64,000 nucleotides of DNA, from the NCBI GenBank assembly GCA_902535185.1, contig CACAST010000001.1:4667-68666 (forward strand), read 5' to 3'. The notes under the pieces are model-generated. The model was not told where the DNA came from and did no database searches. It saw only the letters and a program-made list of their open reading frames with translations. The DNA comes from an uncultured Prochlorococcus sp. Lineage in GTDB: Bacteria; Cyanobacteriota; Cyanobacteriia; PCC-6307; Cyanobiaceae. The first letter of the stretch is position 1, and each line of letters begins with the position of its first letter. A program made the position numbers and the translations under genes. This document shows positions 10,439 to 20,326 of the stretch, in pieces.

Positions 10439-11341
10439 TTAATAATTCATAGAATCTTGTAAAGGCCATACACCTTGATATTTTGGCTCACAAAATCCAC
10501 AAACAGACCTAATTTGTTTCCAAATACAAAAAAAACATTTTCTAGCATCTTGAGAAGAACTTCCTAGGAATCTTACAGAGATTCCATTTTCAAGTATTCC
10601 AATAGATAAATTATTATTAGTTTCATTGAAAATCTTTTTTATGTTTCCTACAAGATTATTTATTTTTGACTTGGAGAAATCTTTTTCGCAAATCCAAATT
10701 AAGGATCCAAAAACGGGCATGTAATCCATGCCTGACTTGGCCACAAAACTTGCATTAGATAATTCAATCTGATCAACATATTCCCAATCATCAAGTAAAT
10801 CATTATTTCTCATAATTTCTAATTTAGACCTAAAAACTCCACTCTCAATAGATTCTCCGGATGAAGATCTTCCAAGTCTTATTAAATCAGTAAATAAAAA
10901 ACTTGAAGTTTCTGAAATAGATACTTTAAAAATTTGCTCATACAAACCATTTGCAAAGATGATTGTTTCTTGAGGAAGAAACTCCAAATGAGAATTGTCA
11001 AGAATGTTTATGAGATTCTTTTGCTTTGAAAAACTTCCTTTTGGATTGATTTTAGATCTTCCAACTGATCCATATACTTTTTGAGCTGAAGAAGTAGTCA
11101 ATAAAACCTTAGAGTTTTTTTCAAGATTTACCTCAAAATCGAGTAAATCACCTCCTACCAATCCCCCTGCAGTATGTAGAACAGGCAAAATGCATCTGCC
11201 CTCTTGATCATGAGTAGACTTTAATAACTTATAAGGAGAAGTTGATTTAGATTTAAAGATTGTTTTATCAACATTTCCTAAACTTGCTTTATTATTGAAA
11301 AAATTTAAGAAACAATTACCTTCCCATGAAGTTTTAATCAT
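10439..11341 (-). CDS. ureD: Urease accessory protein D
   Basis: [29 protein letters not shown]. Confidence 0.95.
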   Translation of the reverse strand: MIKTSWEGNCFLNFFNNKASLGNVDKTIFKSKSTSPYKLLKSTHDQEGRCILPVLHTAGGLVGGDLLDFEVNLEKNSKVLLTTSSAQKVYGSVGRSKINPKGSFSKQKNLINILDNSHLEFLPQETIIFANGLYEQIFKVSISETSSFLFTDLIRLGRSSSGESIESGVFRSKLEIMRNNDLLDDWEYVDQIELSNASFVAKSGMDYMPVFGSLIWICEKDFSKSKINNLVGNIKKIFNETNNNLSIGILENGISVRFLGSSSQDARKCFFCIWKQIRSVCGFCEPKYQGVWPLQDSMNY

Positions 11342-11389
11342 AAATTGTTTTCTTTAATTACTAAATTAAAGTAACCAAAAATTTTGATT

Positions 11390-11839
11390 ATGAGAATGAA
11401 TAAACAAATTGTTGTAACTGATTGGATTAAGGAAAAACCGAAATTAGGTTCATTTTTAAAACTTACCTTAAGTTCAGATGAAAGAAGAATCTTAAGAGGT
11501 AAAAGAATAACTGATTGTGATCAAGAAATAATTTTACAATTACCTAGAGAGGGAAAATTAAATGATGGAGATATTCTTTCAACTAATAAGTCCAATTTCT
11601 ATGTAGAGATAATTGCCAAAAAAGAAGATTTAATTGAAATAAGTTCAAATTCTAAAATTGAGCTAATTAAAACTGCCTATCATCTCGGAAATAGGCACGT
11701 GGAAGTAGAAATCGAAGAAGGCATTCTTCTAACAAAAAGTGATTATGTTATCAAAAATATGGTTCTTAATTTTAAAGTTGATGTAAAAAATACGAAAAAA
11801 AAGTTTTTCCCAGAAAGAGGTGCCCACAGTCATGAGTAA
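11390..11839 (+). CDS. ureE: Urease accessory protein E
   Basis: AYHLGNRH motif, FFPERGAHSH tail. Confidence 0.95.
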   Translation: MRMNKQIVVTDWIKEKPKLGSFLKLTLSSDERRILRGKRITDCDQEIILQLPREGKLNDGDILSTNKSNFYVEIIAKKEDLIEISSNSKIELIKTAYHLGNRHVEVEIEEGILLTKSDYVIKNMVLNFKVDVKNTKKKFFPERGAHSHE

Positions 11840-12518
11840 AAATCACTTATTAAAATATTTATTAATAAGTCCTAACTTACCAGTTGGAGGATTTTGTTAT
11901 TCGGAGGGAATGGAGAGTTATCTTCATAATAAGAATTTAACAGATTCAAACTCTGTAAAAGACTTAATCATAAGTGAACTAAAAATTGGTCAGATAAGAC
12001 TCGATGCAAGACTTTTACTAGAGTTTTTTGATATTTTCAATGAGATAAACTACCGCAAAAATTTAAATGGTAATTTACAAAAGCTAATGAGTTTGGATAA
12101 ATGGATCCTCTCATCAAAGGACTCTCTTGAAATGAGAGAACAACAAATTCAAATGGCAAAATCACTCTTTGATTTAACCAAAGAATTTGGATTTGAATAT
12201 CCATATGAAAATAATAAAAATAGCTCCTGGTCATTAGCATGGAGTTGGGCTTGTTATTGTTTTGAAATTACCAAGTTAGAAATGGTTGAGAATTTTTTTT
12301 ATGCGTGGAGTGCGAATCAACTTAATGCTGCATTAAGAATTATTCCTATTGGGTCAACAAAAGCACAATTAATTCAGAGAGACTTATTAGAAATAATTTC
12401 AAAAGTTTCTAAAGAAATTATGGACAAAGAAATTGATGACATCTATTTTGGCAATGTAGGTTTAGCTATGGCACAACAAAATCATAATGACCTTTATACA
12501 AAACTTTTTAGAAATTAA
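11832..12518 (+). CDS. ureF: Urease accessory protein F
   Basis: SPNLPVGGFCYSEGME, C-terminal KLFRN. Confidence 0.95.
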   Translation: MSKNHLLKYLLISPNLPVGGFCYSEGMESYLHNKNLTDSNSVKDLIISELKIGQIRLDARLLLEFFDIFNEINYRKNLNGNLQKLMSLDKWILSSKDSLEMREQQIQMAKSLFDLTKEFGFEYPYENNKNSSWSLAWSWACYCFEITKLEMVENFFYAWSANQLNAALRIIPIGSTKAQLIQRDLLEIISKVSKEIMDKEIDDIYFGNVGLAMAQQNHNDLYTKLFRN

Positions 12519-12521
12519 TTT

Positions 12522-13133
12522 ATGAGCAGCAAATTGAGAGTAGGTGTTGCTGGGCCAGTAGGTTCAGGAAAAACTGCATTAGTAGAGACTCTATGCTTAA
12601 GAATGAAAAAAACTCATGAGATAGCTGTTGTCACCAATGATATCTACACTAAAGAAGATGCTAATTTTCTAATAAATAAAAAAGTTTTAGAGGAAGGAAG
12701 GATTATTGGTGTAGAAACTGGAGGTTGTCCTCATACAGCGATAAGAGAGGATTGTTCATTAAATAAAAATGCAGTTTTAGATTTAGAAAATAAATATAAT
12801 CCTTTAGATTTTGTTTTTGTAGAAAGTGGAGGTGACAATTTAGCATCTAGTTTTAGTCCAGAACTTGTAGATTTATCAATATACGTAATTGATGTATCTG
12901 CCGGAGACAAAATCCCTAGAAAAGGGGGGCCTGGGATAACAAGGTCTGATTTATTATTAATAAACAAAATTGACTTAGCAGATAAAGTTGGTGCAGATTT
13001 AAATATTATGAAAAGTGATACTGAATTCATGAGAAAAGGGAAACCTTGGTTTTTTACTAACCTAAGTAGCGGTATAGGAGTTGAAGAAATAACTAAATTT
13101 TTAGAATCACATATACCCAACAATCGAAACTAG
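12522..13133 (+). CDS. ureG: Urease accessory GTPase G
   Basis: [26 protein letters not shown]. Confidence 0.99.
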   Translation: MSSKLRVGVAGPVGSGKTALVETLCLRMKKTHEIAVVTNDIYTKEDANFLINKKVLEEGRIIGVETGGCPHTAIREDCSLNKNAVLDLENKYNPLDFVFVESGGDNLASSFSPELVDLSIYVIDVSAGDKIPRKGGPGITRSDLLLINKIDLADKVGADLNIMKSDTEFMRKGKPWFFTNLSSGIGVEEITKFLESHIPNNRN

Positions 13134-13171
13134 AAAAATGTTCATTCTTAATATATTGGATTCAACAAAAA

Positions 13172-13213
13172 GTTACGACTGATACAAAACGAATCCGCAC
13201 TCGTTTATAACTT
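13172..13213 (+). promoter_or_regulatory. NtcA-activated promoter of urtA
   Basis: GTT-ACGACTGA-TAC (13172-13185), 22-nt spacer, TAACTT (TAN3T) -10 box: canonical class II NtcA geometry with one mismatch. Confidence 0.8.
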
Positions 13214-13261
13214 TTACTTTATCCCCCTAATGAGGGTCAATTACCTAATTTATCCTAATTC

Positions 13262-14539
13262 ATGAGAATTTCAAGGCGTATTTTGGCAGGTTTAGCTACT
13301 GCCTCACTTGCGGTCACCGCAACTTCCTGTGGTGGAGGCGGAACCTCCGGAAGTTTCGATGACACAGTTACCGTTGGTATTTTGCATTCGTTATCCGGAA
13401 CAATGGCTATCTCAGAATCAACTCTTGTTGATACAGAAAAAATGGCTATTGAAGAGATAAATGCTGCTGGTGGGGTTACAGTTGGCGGCAAAAGCTACAA
13501 AATAGAATACATAGTTGAAGATGGTGCATCTGACTGGCCAACTTTTGCTGAAAAATCAAAGAAACTTATTGACCAAGACGGAGTTCCTGTCGTATTTGGT
13601 GGATGGACATCTGCAAGTAGAAAGGCAATGTTACCTGTCTACGAATCAAAAGATGCGTTCCTCTACTACCCAATTCAATATGAAGCTCAAGAATGTTCTA
13701 ACAACATTTTCTATACAGGAGCCACACCAAACCAACAATCGGAACCCGCTACAGATTTCATGTATAAGCGTTCTCCCGCAGCTGGCGGAGATTTCTTCCT
13801 TGTAGGTTCTGATTATGTTTTCCCAAGAACTTCAAACACAATCACAAAAGCTCAGGTAAAACAGTTAGGCGGTAAAGTTGTTGGAGAAGATTACCTTCCA
13901 TTAGGAAATACTGAAGTTGCTCCAATTATTTCAAAAATCAAAAAAGCTTTACCTGAAGGTGGAATAATCATTAATACTCTTAATGGTGACCAAAACGTTG
14001 CATTCTTCAAACAGATTCAAGACGCAGGTATTACACCTTCAAGTGGATACTACGTAATGAACTATTCAATTGCTGAAGAAGAGATTAGTACAATTGGTCC
14101 TGAGTTCCTTGAAGGTCACTACGGTGCTTGGAACTACATGATGTCAATTGATACTCCTGCATCTAAGAAATTTGCTAAAAGTTTCAAAAAAAGATGGGGA
14201 GCAGATCGTGTTGTAGCTGACCCTCAAGAATCTGCTTATAACATGGTTTACTTATGGAAACAGGCAGTAGAAGATGCTGGAACATTCGACGACAACGCTG
14301 TAAGGGAAGCTCTTGTTGGACAAAAGTTTGATGCTCCACAAGGTCCTGTTGAAGTTATGCCTAATCACCACTTATCTCAAACAGTAAGAATTGGGGAGAT
14401 TAATGCAGAGGGTGGATTTACAATCCTTGAAGAGACAGGAGTTGTTCTTCCTCAAGCGTGGAACCAAAAGCATCCAAGTTCAAAAGGATTTGCATGCGAT
14501 TGGACAGATCCTTCTAAAGGAGAAAAGTATAAGCTTTAA
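13262..14539 (+). CDS. urtA: Urea ABC transporter substrate-binding lipoprotein
   Basis: Lipobox-like ATSC, GILHSLSGTMAISE, GGWTSASRK, GSDYVFPR. Confidence 0.98.
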   Translation: MRISRRILAGLATASLAVTATSCGGGGTSGSFDDTVTVGILHSLSGTMAISESTLVDTEKMAIEEINAAGGVTVGGKSYKIEYIVEDGASDWPTFAEKSKKLIDQDGVPVVFGGWTSASRKAMLPVYESKDAFLYYPIQYEAQECSNNIFYTGATPNQQSEPATDFMYKRSPAAGGDFFLVGSDYVFPRTSNTITKAQVKQLGGKVVGEDYLPLGNTEVAPIISKIKKALPEGGIIINTLNGDQNVAFFKQIQDAGITPSSGYYVMNYSIAEEEISTIGPEFLEGHYGAWNYMMSIDTPASKKFAKSFKKRWGADRVVADPQESAYNMVYLWKQAVEDAGTFDDNAVREALVGQKFDAPQGPVEVMPNHHLSQTVRIGEINAEGGFTILEETGVVLPQAWNQKHPSSKGFACDWTDPSKGEKYKL

Positions 14540-14566
14540 TCTAAATTAAAACCTATACTTCAAAAT

Positions 14567-14596
14567 AAAAGGAGGTTAAGGCCTCCTTTTATTTTA
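14567..14596 (+). terminator. Intra-operon stem-loop / intrinsic terminator after urtA
   Basis: AAAAGGAGG-TTAAGG-CCTCCTTTT followed by ATTTTT. Confidence 0.8.
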
Positions 14597-14623
14597 TACA
14601 ATCAAATATTTTCATTTTCTAAA

Positions 14624-15778
14624 TTGGAGTTACTTCTCGATAGTCTTTTTAATGGTGTTGCAATCGGATCTGTACTACTTGTTGCGGCATTAGGTCTAGC
14701 AATTGTTTTTGGTCTTATGGGTGTAATAAATCTTGCCCATGGAGAACTTATGATGCTTGGGGCTTACACAACATATGTAACACAATTAATTTTCAAATTA
14801 CCTATATTAAAACCTTTCTACAATTCATACATTATAGTTTCTATTTTCCTTGCTTTTATTGTTAGTGGAGTAGTAGGCATTCTTTTGGAAAAAACTATAA
14901 TTAGAAAACTTTATGGAAGTCCACTAGAAACACTACTAGCAACTTGGGGGGTAAGCTTAATTCTTCAACAATTTGTCAGAAGTGTACCTTTAGCTTATGG
15001 GACCGGTCTGGTTATAAGTCTCTTAATTGGTTTATTCTTACCAACATCATTTCCTTCAAAAATAAAAGAATCAATAAATTTCAAATATTATAAATTTAGT
15101 TCTTGGTTATTTGCTGCTTTAACTGGGGTCCTGACAGGTAGCGTAATCTCTTCTTCTGTCAGCAAACTTAGTAGAGCAAGCGCTCGAAATGTTGATGTAA
15201 CAGCACCCTCATGGATGAGAGGTCAAGTAGAAATTCTTGGCACTGCATTTCCTAAAACAAGATTAATGATTATTGTCATTACTCTAATCTCTGTAATAGC
15301 AATAACATTATTTCTTAATCAAAGTGCTTGGGGGATGCGTATAAGAGCAGTTACACAGAACCGACAAATGAGTGATTGTCTGGGTATATCTACTGAAAAA
15401 GTGGATATTATTACTTTTGGAATTGGATCTGGCTTAGCTGGAGTTGCTGGGGTAGCAGTATCTCTTTTAGGTTCTGTAGGACCGAATGTTGGCGGAAACT
15501 ATATAGTTGGTTGTTTTATGGTTGTAGTGCTGGGAGGAGTAGGTAATTTATTAGGAACAGTACTTGCTTCATTTGGAATAGGAATAATGACTGATTTAAT
15601 TGGAGCTGGAAGGCTCTTATCAATATGGCCAGATATGCCTTTACCTTTATCAAACACAATTAACTTTTTTGCCACCACAAGTATGGCAAGAGTAATGATA
15701 TTTGCACTAATTGTTATATTCCTACAATTTAAACCTACAGGTTTATTTCCTCAAAAAGGAAGGATGGTTGAGAACTAA
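14624..15778 (+). CDS. urtB: Urea ABC transporter permease
   Basis: GLAIVFGLMGVINLAHGE; TTG start; operon position. Confidence 0.96.
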   Translation: MELLLDSLFNGVAIGSVLLVAALGLAIVFGLMGVINLAHGELMMLGAYTTYVTQLIFKLPILKPFYNSYIIVSIFLAFIVSGVVGILLEKTIIRKLYGSPLETLLATWGVSLILQQFVRSVPLAYGTGLVISLLIGLFLPTSFPSKIKESINFKYYKFSSWLFAALTGVLTGSVISSSVSKLSRASARNVDVTAPSWMRGQVEILGTAFPKTRLMIIVITLISVIAITLFLNQSAWGMRIRAVTQNRQMSDCLGISTEKVDIITFGIGSGLAGVAGVAVSLLGSVGPNVGGNYIVGCFMVVVLGGVGNLLGTVLASFGIGIMTDLIGAGRLLSIWPDMPLPLSNTINFFATTSMARVMIFALIVIFLQFKPTGLFPQKGRMVEN

Positions 15779-16908
15779 TGTCCTTAAGTAAAATTAAATT
15801 TGATAAAAAAATAGTATTATCATTCTGGATAATTTTAATAGCCTTAATTATTGCAGCACCAGCTATACTCCCAGTATTTAGACTAAACCTGCTAGGTAGA
15901 TACTTATCCTTATCCATAGTTGCACTTGGTGTAGATCTGATCTGGGGATATACAGGTTTACTAAGTCTTGGACAAGGTATATTTTTTGCACTAGGTGGAT
16001 ATTGCGCAGCAATGTATTTGCAAATAACCAGCTCCTCTGAATTTCCAAATAATATTCCTGAATTTTTTGCTTTATATGGTGTTGAAAAATTACCTTTTTT
16101 CTGGGAACCGTTTAGATCGCCTGTTTTTACCTTCTTCGCTATCTGGATAATTCCAGCATTGGTTGCTGGTTTAATTGGATTTCTTGTTTTCAGGAATAGA
16201 ATCAAAGGGGTATATTTTTCTATACTTACTCAAGCTTCTCTTCTTGTATTCTTTAACTTCTTTAATGGACAACAAAAACTTATAAATGGAACAAATGGAT
16301 TAAAAACAGACGTAACACAACTATTTGGTCAGATGGTAGGTTCTGAATCCATGCAAAGACTTTTCTTTTGGATTACTGCTTTCTTAGTAATAGCAGCATG
16401 GTTTTTTGCAAAGTGGGTAGTTAAAGGTAGATTCGGCAATATTCTTATAGGAATTAGAGATGATGAACCAAGAGTTAGGTTTACAGGATACAACCCAGTT
16501 ATATTCAAGACCATAATATTTTCTATTGCCGGAGGTCTTGCTGGAATTTCGGGAGCTTTATATACTGTTCAGTCTGGAATAGTATCCCCTCAATTTATGA
16601 CGGTTCCCTTTTCTATAGAAATGGTTATATGGGTTGCTGTTGGAGGAAGAGGAACTTTATTAGGAGCGATACTAGGAGCAGTTTTCATCAACTATGCAAA
16701 AAGTCTTGTAAGTGAAGCTTTACCTGCTAGTTGGATGTTTATTCAAGGAGGGTTATTTATCTTAGTCGTAACAGCTTTGCCAGAGGGAGTTTTGGGATGG
16801 ATTCAAGGTGATGGTCCTAGAAATCTTCTTCAAAGATTTGGTTTAAAAAGGAAAATTGAAACCTACCCAAGCTTAGAAGTTAAAAATAAGGAGGGGATTA
16901 ATGAATAA
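15778..16908 (+). CDS. urtC: Urea ABC transporter permease
   Basis: DLIWGYTGLLSLGQG, WVAVGGRGTL. Confidence 0.96.
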   Translation: MSLSKIKFDKKIVLSFWIILIALIIAAPAILPVFRLNLLGRYLSLSIVALGVDLIWGYTGLLSLGQGIFFALGGYCAAMYLQITSSSEFPNNIPEFFALYGVEKLPFFWEPFRSPVFTFFAIWIIPALVAGLIGFLVFRNRIKGVYFSILTQASLLVFFNFFNGQQKLINGTNGLKTDVTQLFGQMVGSESMQRLFFWITAFLVIAAWFFAKWVVKGRFGNILIGIRDDEPRVRFTGYNPVIFKTIIFSIAGGLAGISGALYTVQSGIVSPQFMTVPFSIEMVIWVAVGGRGTLLGAILGAVFINYAKSLVSEALPASWMFIQGGLFILVVTALPEGVLGWIQGDGPRNLLQRFGLKRKIETYPSLEVKNKEGINE

Positions 16909-17650
16909 GAAAGATCTTCTGAATTTAATAGATATTACTGTTAGTTTTGAGGGTTTTTTAGCTCTCAACAAACTTAATTTAAATTTAAAGAAAGGAGAAT
17001 TAAGAGCTGTAATAGGACCCAATGGCGCAGGTAAAACAACATTTCTTGATGTAATAACTGGAAAGGTTAAGCCAACAAAAGGTGAGGTAATTTTTAAAGG
17101 AAAATCATTAGTGGGTCAAAAAGAGCATAAAATAGCTCGACTTGGAGTGGGTAGAAAATTTCAAAGTCCAAGGATCTTTGAAAATCTAACAGTTAAGGAA
17201 AATCTTGAAATATCGGTGACAACTCCTAAAAGTCCCTTAAACCTTATAAATAAAAGTATTAAGGATGAGCAGCTTAATGAGATTGATCGTCTTATGAAGA
17301 TTGTTAATTTAGCTCAAAAAGTTGATTCTAAAGCTGGATCTTTATCACATGGACAAAAACAATGGCTCGAGATAGCCATGTTAGTAGGTCAGAAGCCAGA
17401 TTTAATGTTGGTAGATGAACCTGTTGCCGGTTTGACAGATGAAGAAACAGATCTTACAGCTGATTTATTAAAATCTTTATCAGGAGAAAATACTGTGGTG
17501 GTAATAGATCACGATATGGAATTTATAAGAAGACTTGATAGCAATGTTTCAGTATTAAATCAGGGCACAGTATTATGTGAGGGGACTATGGAAACCATAC
17601 AAAAAGACAAAAAAGTTATTGACGTTTATTTAGGAAGACCTGAGGATTAG
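16901..17650 (+). CDS. urtD: Urea ABC transporter ATP-binding protein
   Basis: GPNGAGKTT, LSHGQKQWLEI. Confidence 0.96.
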   Translation: MNKKDLLNLIDITVSFEGFLALNKLNLNLKKGELRAVIGPNGAGKTTFLDVITGKVKPTKGEVIFKGKSLVGQKEHKIARLGVGRKFQSPRIFENLTVKENLEISVTTPKSPLNLINKSIKDEQLNEIDRLMKIVNLAQKVDSKAGSLSHGQKQWLEIAMLVGQKPDLMLVDEPVAGLTDEETDLTADLLKSLSGENTVVVIDHDMEFIRRLDSNVSVLNQGTVLCEGTMETIQKDKKVIDVYLGRPED

Positions 17651-17652
17651 TT

Positions 17653-18363
17653 ATGGAAAATTTACTCGAAATAAAATCCTTAAATACTTACTATGGCGAG
17701 AGTCATATTCTTAGAGATGTAGATTTAAATGTTAAATCAGGAGAAATGGTTTGTTTGATTGGAAGAAATGGAGTTGGAAAAACAACTTTATTGAAATCAC
17801 TAATTGGTTTGTTAAAACAAAAAAAAGGCGATATCTATTTGATTGGTGAAAATATCAACAGAAAAGCGCCTCATCAGAGGGCCAGGAAAGGAATGGCTTA
17901 CGTTCCTCAAGGGAGAGAAATTATTCCATACCTATCAGTTGAAGAGAATCTTATGTTAGGAATGGAGTCCCTACCAGGTGGATTATCTAAGAACAAGAAA
18001 ATAGATCCATTTATCTATGATCTCTTCCCCATCCTAAAAGATTTTCTTCAAAGGAAAGGAGGAGATCTTAGTGGAGGACAACAACAGCAATTAGCTATTG
18101 CAAGAGCATTGCTAGGCAAACCTCAACTTCTTTTACTTGACGAACCAACGGAAGGCATTCAGCCTAATATAGTTTTAGACATTGAAAATGCAATTAACCA
18201 GATAATTAGAGATACAGGAATTGGCGTTTTATTAGTTGAACAACATTTGCATTTTGTAAGACAAGCCAGTAGATATTATGCGATGCAACGCGGAGGTATT
18301 GTTGCAAGCGGAAATACTAGTGAGTTGAGTCAAGCGGTTATTGATAAATTCTTGAGTGTTTAA
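17653..18363 (+). CDS. urtE: Urea ABC transporter ATP-binding protein
   Basis: GRNGVGKTT, LSGGQQQQ, DEPTEGIQP. Confidence 0.96.
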   Translation: MENLLEIKSLNTYYGESHILRDVDLNVKSGEMVCLIGRNGVGKTTLLKSLIGLLKQKKGDIYLIGENINRKAPHQRARKGMAYVPQGREIIPYLSVEENLMLGMESLPGGLSKNKKIDPFIYDLFPILKDFLQRKGGDLSGGQQQQLAIARALLGKPQLLLLDEPTEGIQPNIVLDIENAINQIIRDTGIGVLLVEQHLHFVRQASRYYAMQRGGIVASGNTSELSQAVIDKFLSV

Positions 18364-18397
18364 TAGATTATTATTTTAAATTAATAAAAATCTTTAA

Positions 18398-18577
18398 TCA
18401 TTTTTCGCATCTTATAAGGTCTATACTGTTTGGATGCTCATTAATATACTTATTAAATTCCATTGCCAGTGTTCTAGCCTCGTAAGCGTCAAAAGCATAA
18501 AAACAATTTTCTAATCTTATATTTTGAAAATCACGATAATGCACAGTATATGGCTTCAACATATTATTTTTTTTCAT
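18398..18577 (-). CDS. 59-aa hypothetical protein (not in ORF track)
   Basis: MKKNNMLKPYTVHYRDFQNIRLENCFYAFDAYEARTLAMEFNKYINEHPNSIDLIRCEK*; looks like a folded beta-beta-alpha small protein of marine picocyanobacteria. Confidence 0.75.
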   Translation of the reverse strand: MKKNNMLKPYTVHYRDFQNIRLENCFYAFDAYEARTLAMEFNKYINEHPNSIDLIRCEK

Positions 18578-18679
18578 TTTTATTTGCTAAAAAGCAATTA
18601 TATATATTTCAACCATGCATTTAATCGTAAATTTAAAGCACAACTTTTGTTGTTATCAAAATATATTGACTTAAATTAT

Positions 18680-18693
18680 GTAACTAAAAATAC
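18680..18693. promoter_or_regulatory. NtcA-type site
   Basis: Exact GTA-ACTAAAAA-TAC; TAATCT (TAN3T) 21 nt downstream on +. Confidence 0.45.
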
Positions 18694-18713
18694 CTTATAA
18701 AGATAAAAAGTAA

Positions 18714-18830
18714 TTAATCTATCTTTTTTTTAATTTTAGAATCTTGCTTTTTACCTTCTATTAAAAAAACAAATTTTGATAAAATATAACCAAAAACTGG
18801 GACCCAAAACTTTTCATAAAAAAATTTCAT
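18714..18830 (-). CDS. Possible 38-aa microprotein
   Basis: MKFFYEKFWVPVFGYILSKFVFLIEGKKQDSKIKKKID*; starts 6 nt after the stop of the upstream 57-aa ORF. Confidence 0.4.
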   Translation of the reverse strand: MKFFYEKFWVPVFGYILSKFVFLIEGKKQDSKIKKKID

Positions 18831-18836
18831 AAAAAA

Positions 18837-19010
18837 TTAAGCAGCTAATGATTCGTTATCTTTAATTTCAGTTGTATTAATACACTTCAAATCTATAGAG
18901 TTAAATAAATGTTGCATAACCAGAAAATCAAGTTCCCCTTTTAACAAATCAATATCTGATGAGAGTAGATCATCAACAAAATCATCAAAAGTTTCAGAAA
19001 GGTGATTCAC
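18837..19010 (-). CDS. 57-aa acidic microprotein ending in -LAA (not in ORF track)
   Basis: GTG start; MNHLSETFDDFVDDLLSSDIDLLKGELDFLVMQHLFNSIDLKCINTTEIKDNESLAA*; near-consensus promoter upstream. Confidence 0.65.
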   Translation of the reverse strand: MNHLSETFDDFVDDLLSSDIDLLKGELDFLVMQHLFNSIDLKCINTTEIKDNESLAA

Positions 19011-19026
19011 AATTAAAAATTATTTT

Positions 19027-19059
19027 TGCCATTATCATGGCATTAACAACAAAAGTCAA
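19027..19059 (-). promoter_or_regulatory. Sigma70-type promoter overlapped by a palindrome
   Basis: Minus strand TTGACT-17 nt-GATAAT; TGCCAT-N4-ATGGCA (19027-19042) covers the -10 box. Confidence 0.6.
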
Positions 19060-19412
19060 CCAAATTTGAATATTAAATTTTGAATTTTTTAAAAATTAAT
19101 GAATTAAGACTAAAAAATTAAATAATAAAAATAAACAAGCAAAATAACAGATTTAATATCAAGCTTAGGGTTTGTGAATTAAATTTCATTTATCTTGCTT
19201 CTCTTAATTTTATATCTCTCCTGATTAGCAATATCAAAAAGACAATAAACATATTTTCTAAAAAGAAATTTAAAGAAAACATCATCAAACCATTTAATAC
19301 ATTTATAGCAAGACTTTTGATGTGCCAATTCCTAAAGAATCACTTTAAAAAATGTTTAAACGCAATAAATTTTTATAGCAATCAAATTTGATATTAATAG
19401 CTAATTTAAATA

Positions 19413-19727
19413 TTATTTTTTAATTAGTTCGAAGTATCCATTTTTATTTAATAAGTACTTGTCAAACCATAGGCTTAGTAGATTGTCTAATCCTATTCCA
19501 TTCATTTTATTTATTTGCGAAGTCTTATAGTCTGAGAGTGCAAGCAATAAATACGGAAAAATCATATCAGAAACCCCTTTTGGTAGTTTTTCTAAAGGTA
19601 CTCCATGAGCTCTATCCCATAAAATTTGCATATCCTGAGAGAACAAAGAACTCCAATAACTAAAATTACAATACAACTTGTCTGGAGGGAGGAGATTTAC
19701 AGATAAACCTGGAAGAGATGAATTCAT
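19413..19727 (-). CDS. Hypothetical protein
   Basis: 104-aa ATG ORF with ordinary protein composition; downstream of the RHH-like gene. Confidence 0.7.
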   Translation of the reverse strand: MNSSLPGLSVNLLPPDKLYCNFSYWSSLFSQDMQILWDRAHGVPLEKLPKGVSDMIFPYLLLALSDYKTSQINKMNGIGLDNLLSLWFDKYLLNKNGYFELIKK

Positions 19728-19827
19728 AGGAATAAATATTTTATAGATTAATTGAATTTAGGTTTTTGAAATGATGAAAATAATCTTAATATGCGAATCT
19801 CCTGTAAACAAATTTAATTTATCGCAC

Positions 19828-19848
19828 AGTGCGTTACTTTGCAACACT
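19828..19848. promoter_or_regulatory. Tandem AGTG-N3-CACT-like operator pair
   Basis: AGTGCGTTACT (19828-19838) and TTTGCAACACT (19838-19848; reverse complement AGTGTTGCAAA), 10 bp apart. Confidence 0.55.
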
Positions 19849-20250
19849 TTATAAAGAGTCGTATTTATCCATCATTTCCTGAAATTTTAGGAATGATAAA
19901 AACTTTTTATAAGTTTGCAAGTCAAAAACCTCCTGATTCTCTTCTTTTAAATGGGTTGCTTTACTAGGAATAAAATGATTTCCTAAGTTATTAGGAATTG
20001 AGAGTTTTGCATTATCTGTAAAGTCACCAGAAATGTCGAATAAGTTTTTTGAATTTTTGTCATTCGTTTGAAATGATTGGGTTACTTTACCATTTTTTTT
20101 ATTAAATATACCTCTTGTAGAAAGTGCTTCTTCTACCAAAATACTTATTATTTTTGAATTACTTAAATTGTTCTCTGTGCTCAACTTTTCAATTATTCTC
20201 ATAACATCTTCTCTAGGAATAAAACCAACTCTTTTTTTCTTGGTAGGCAT
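19849..20250 (-). CDS. Putative ribbon-helix-helix (CopG/Arc-like) DNA-binding protein
   Basis: N-terminal KKKRVGFIP strand then two amphipathic helices (EDVMRIIEKLS, SNSKIISILVEEAL). Confidence 0.7.
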   Translation of the reverse strand: MPTKKKRVGFIPREDVMRIIEKLSTENNLSNSKIISILVEEALSTRGIFNKKNGKVTQSFQTNDKNSKNLFDISGDFTDNAKLSIPNNLGNHFIPSKATHLKEENQEVFDLQTYKKFLSFLKFQEMMDKYDSL

Positions 20251-20265
20251 TTAAAAATTAATTAA

Positions 20266-20316
20266 AGTTCAGCACTTGACTGTAATTAGTGTTGCACTAT
20301 ATTCATTATAAGTCAA
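20266..20316. promoter_or_regulatory. Divergent promoter region with two AGTG-N3-CACT sites
   Basis: AGTTCAGCACT (20266-20276), perfect TAGTG-TTG-CACTA (20287-20299), opposed TTGACT hexamers at 20276(+) and 20316(-). Confidence 0.6.
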
Positions 20317-20326
20317 TTAAATTCTA

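Noticed and set aside
19090-19340. Short hydrophobic minus-strand frames in the AT-rich spacer
   Set aside because: Fragmented by stops with no clear start; may be a gene relic but cannot be supported
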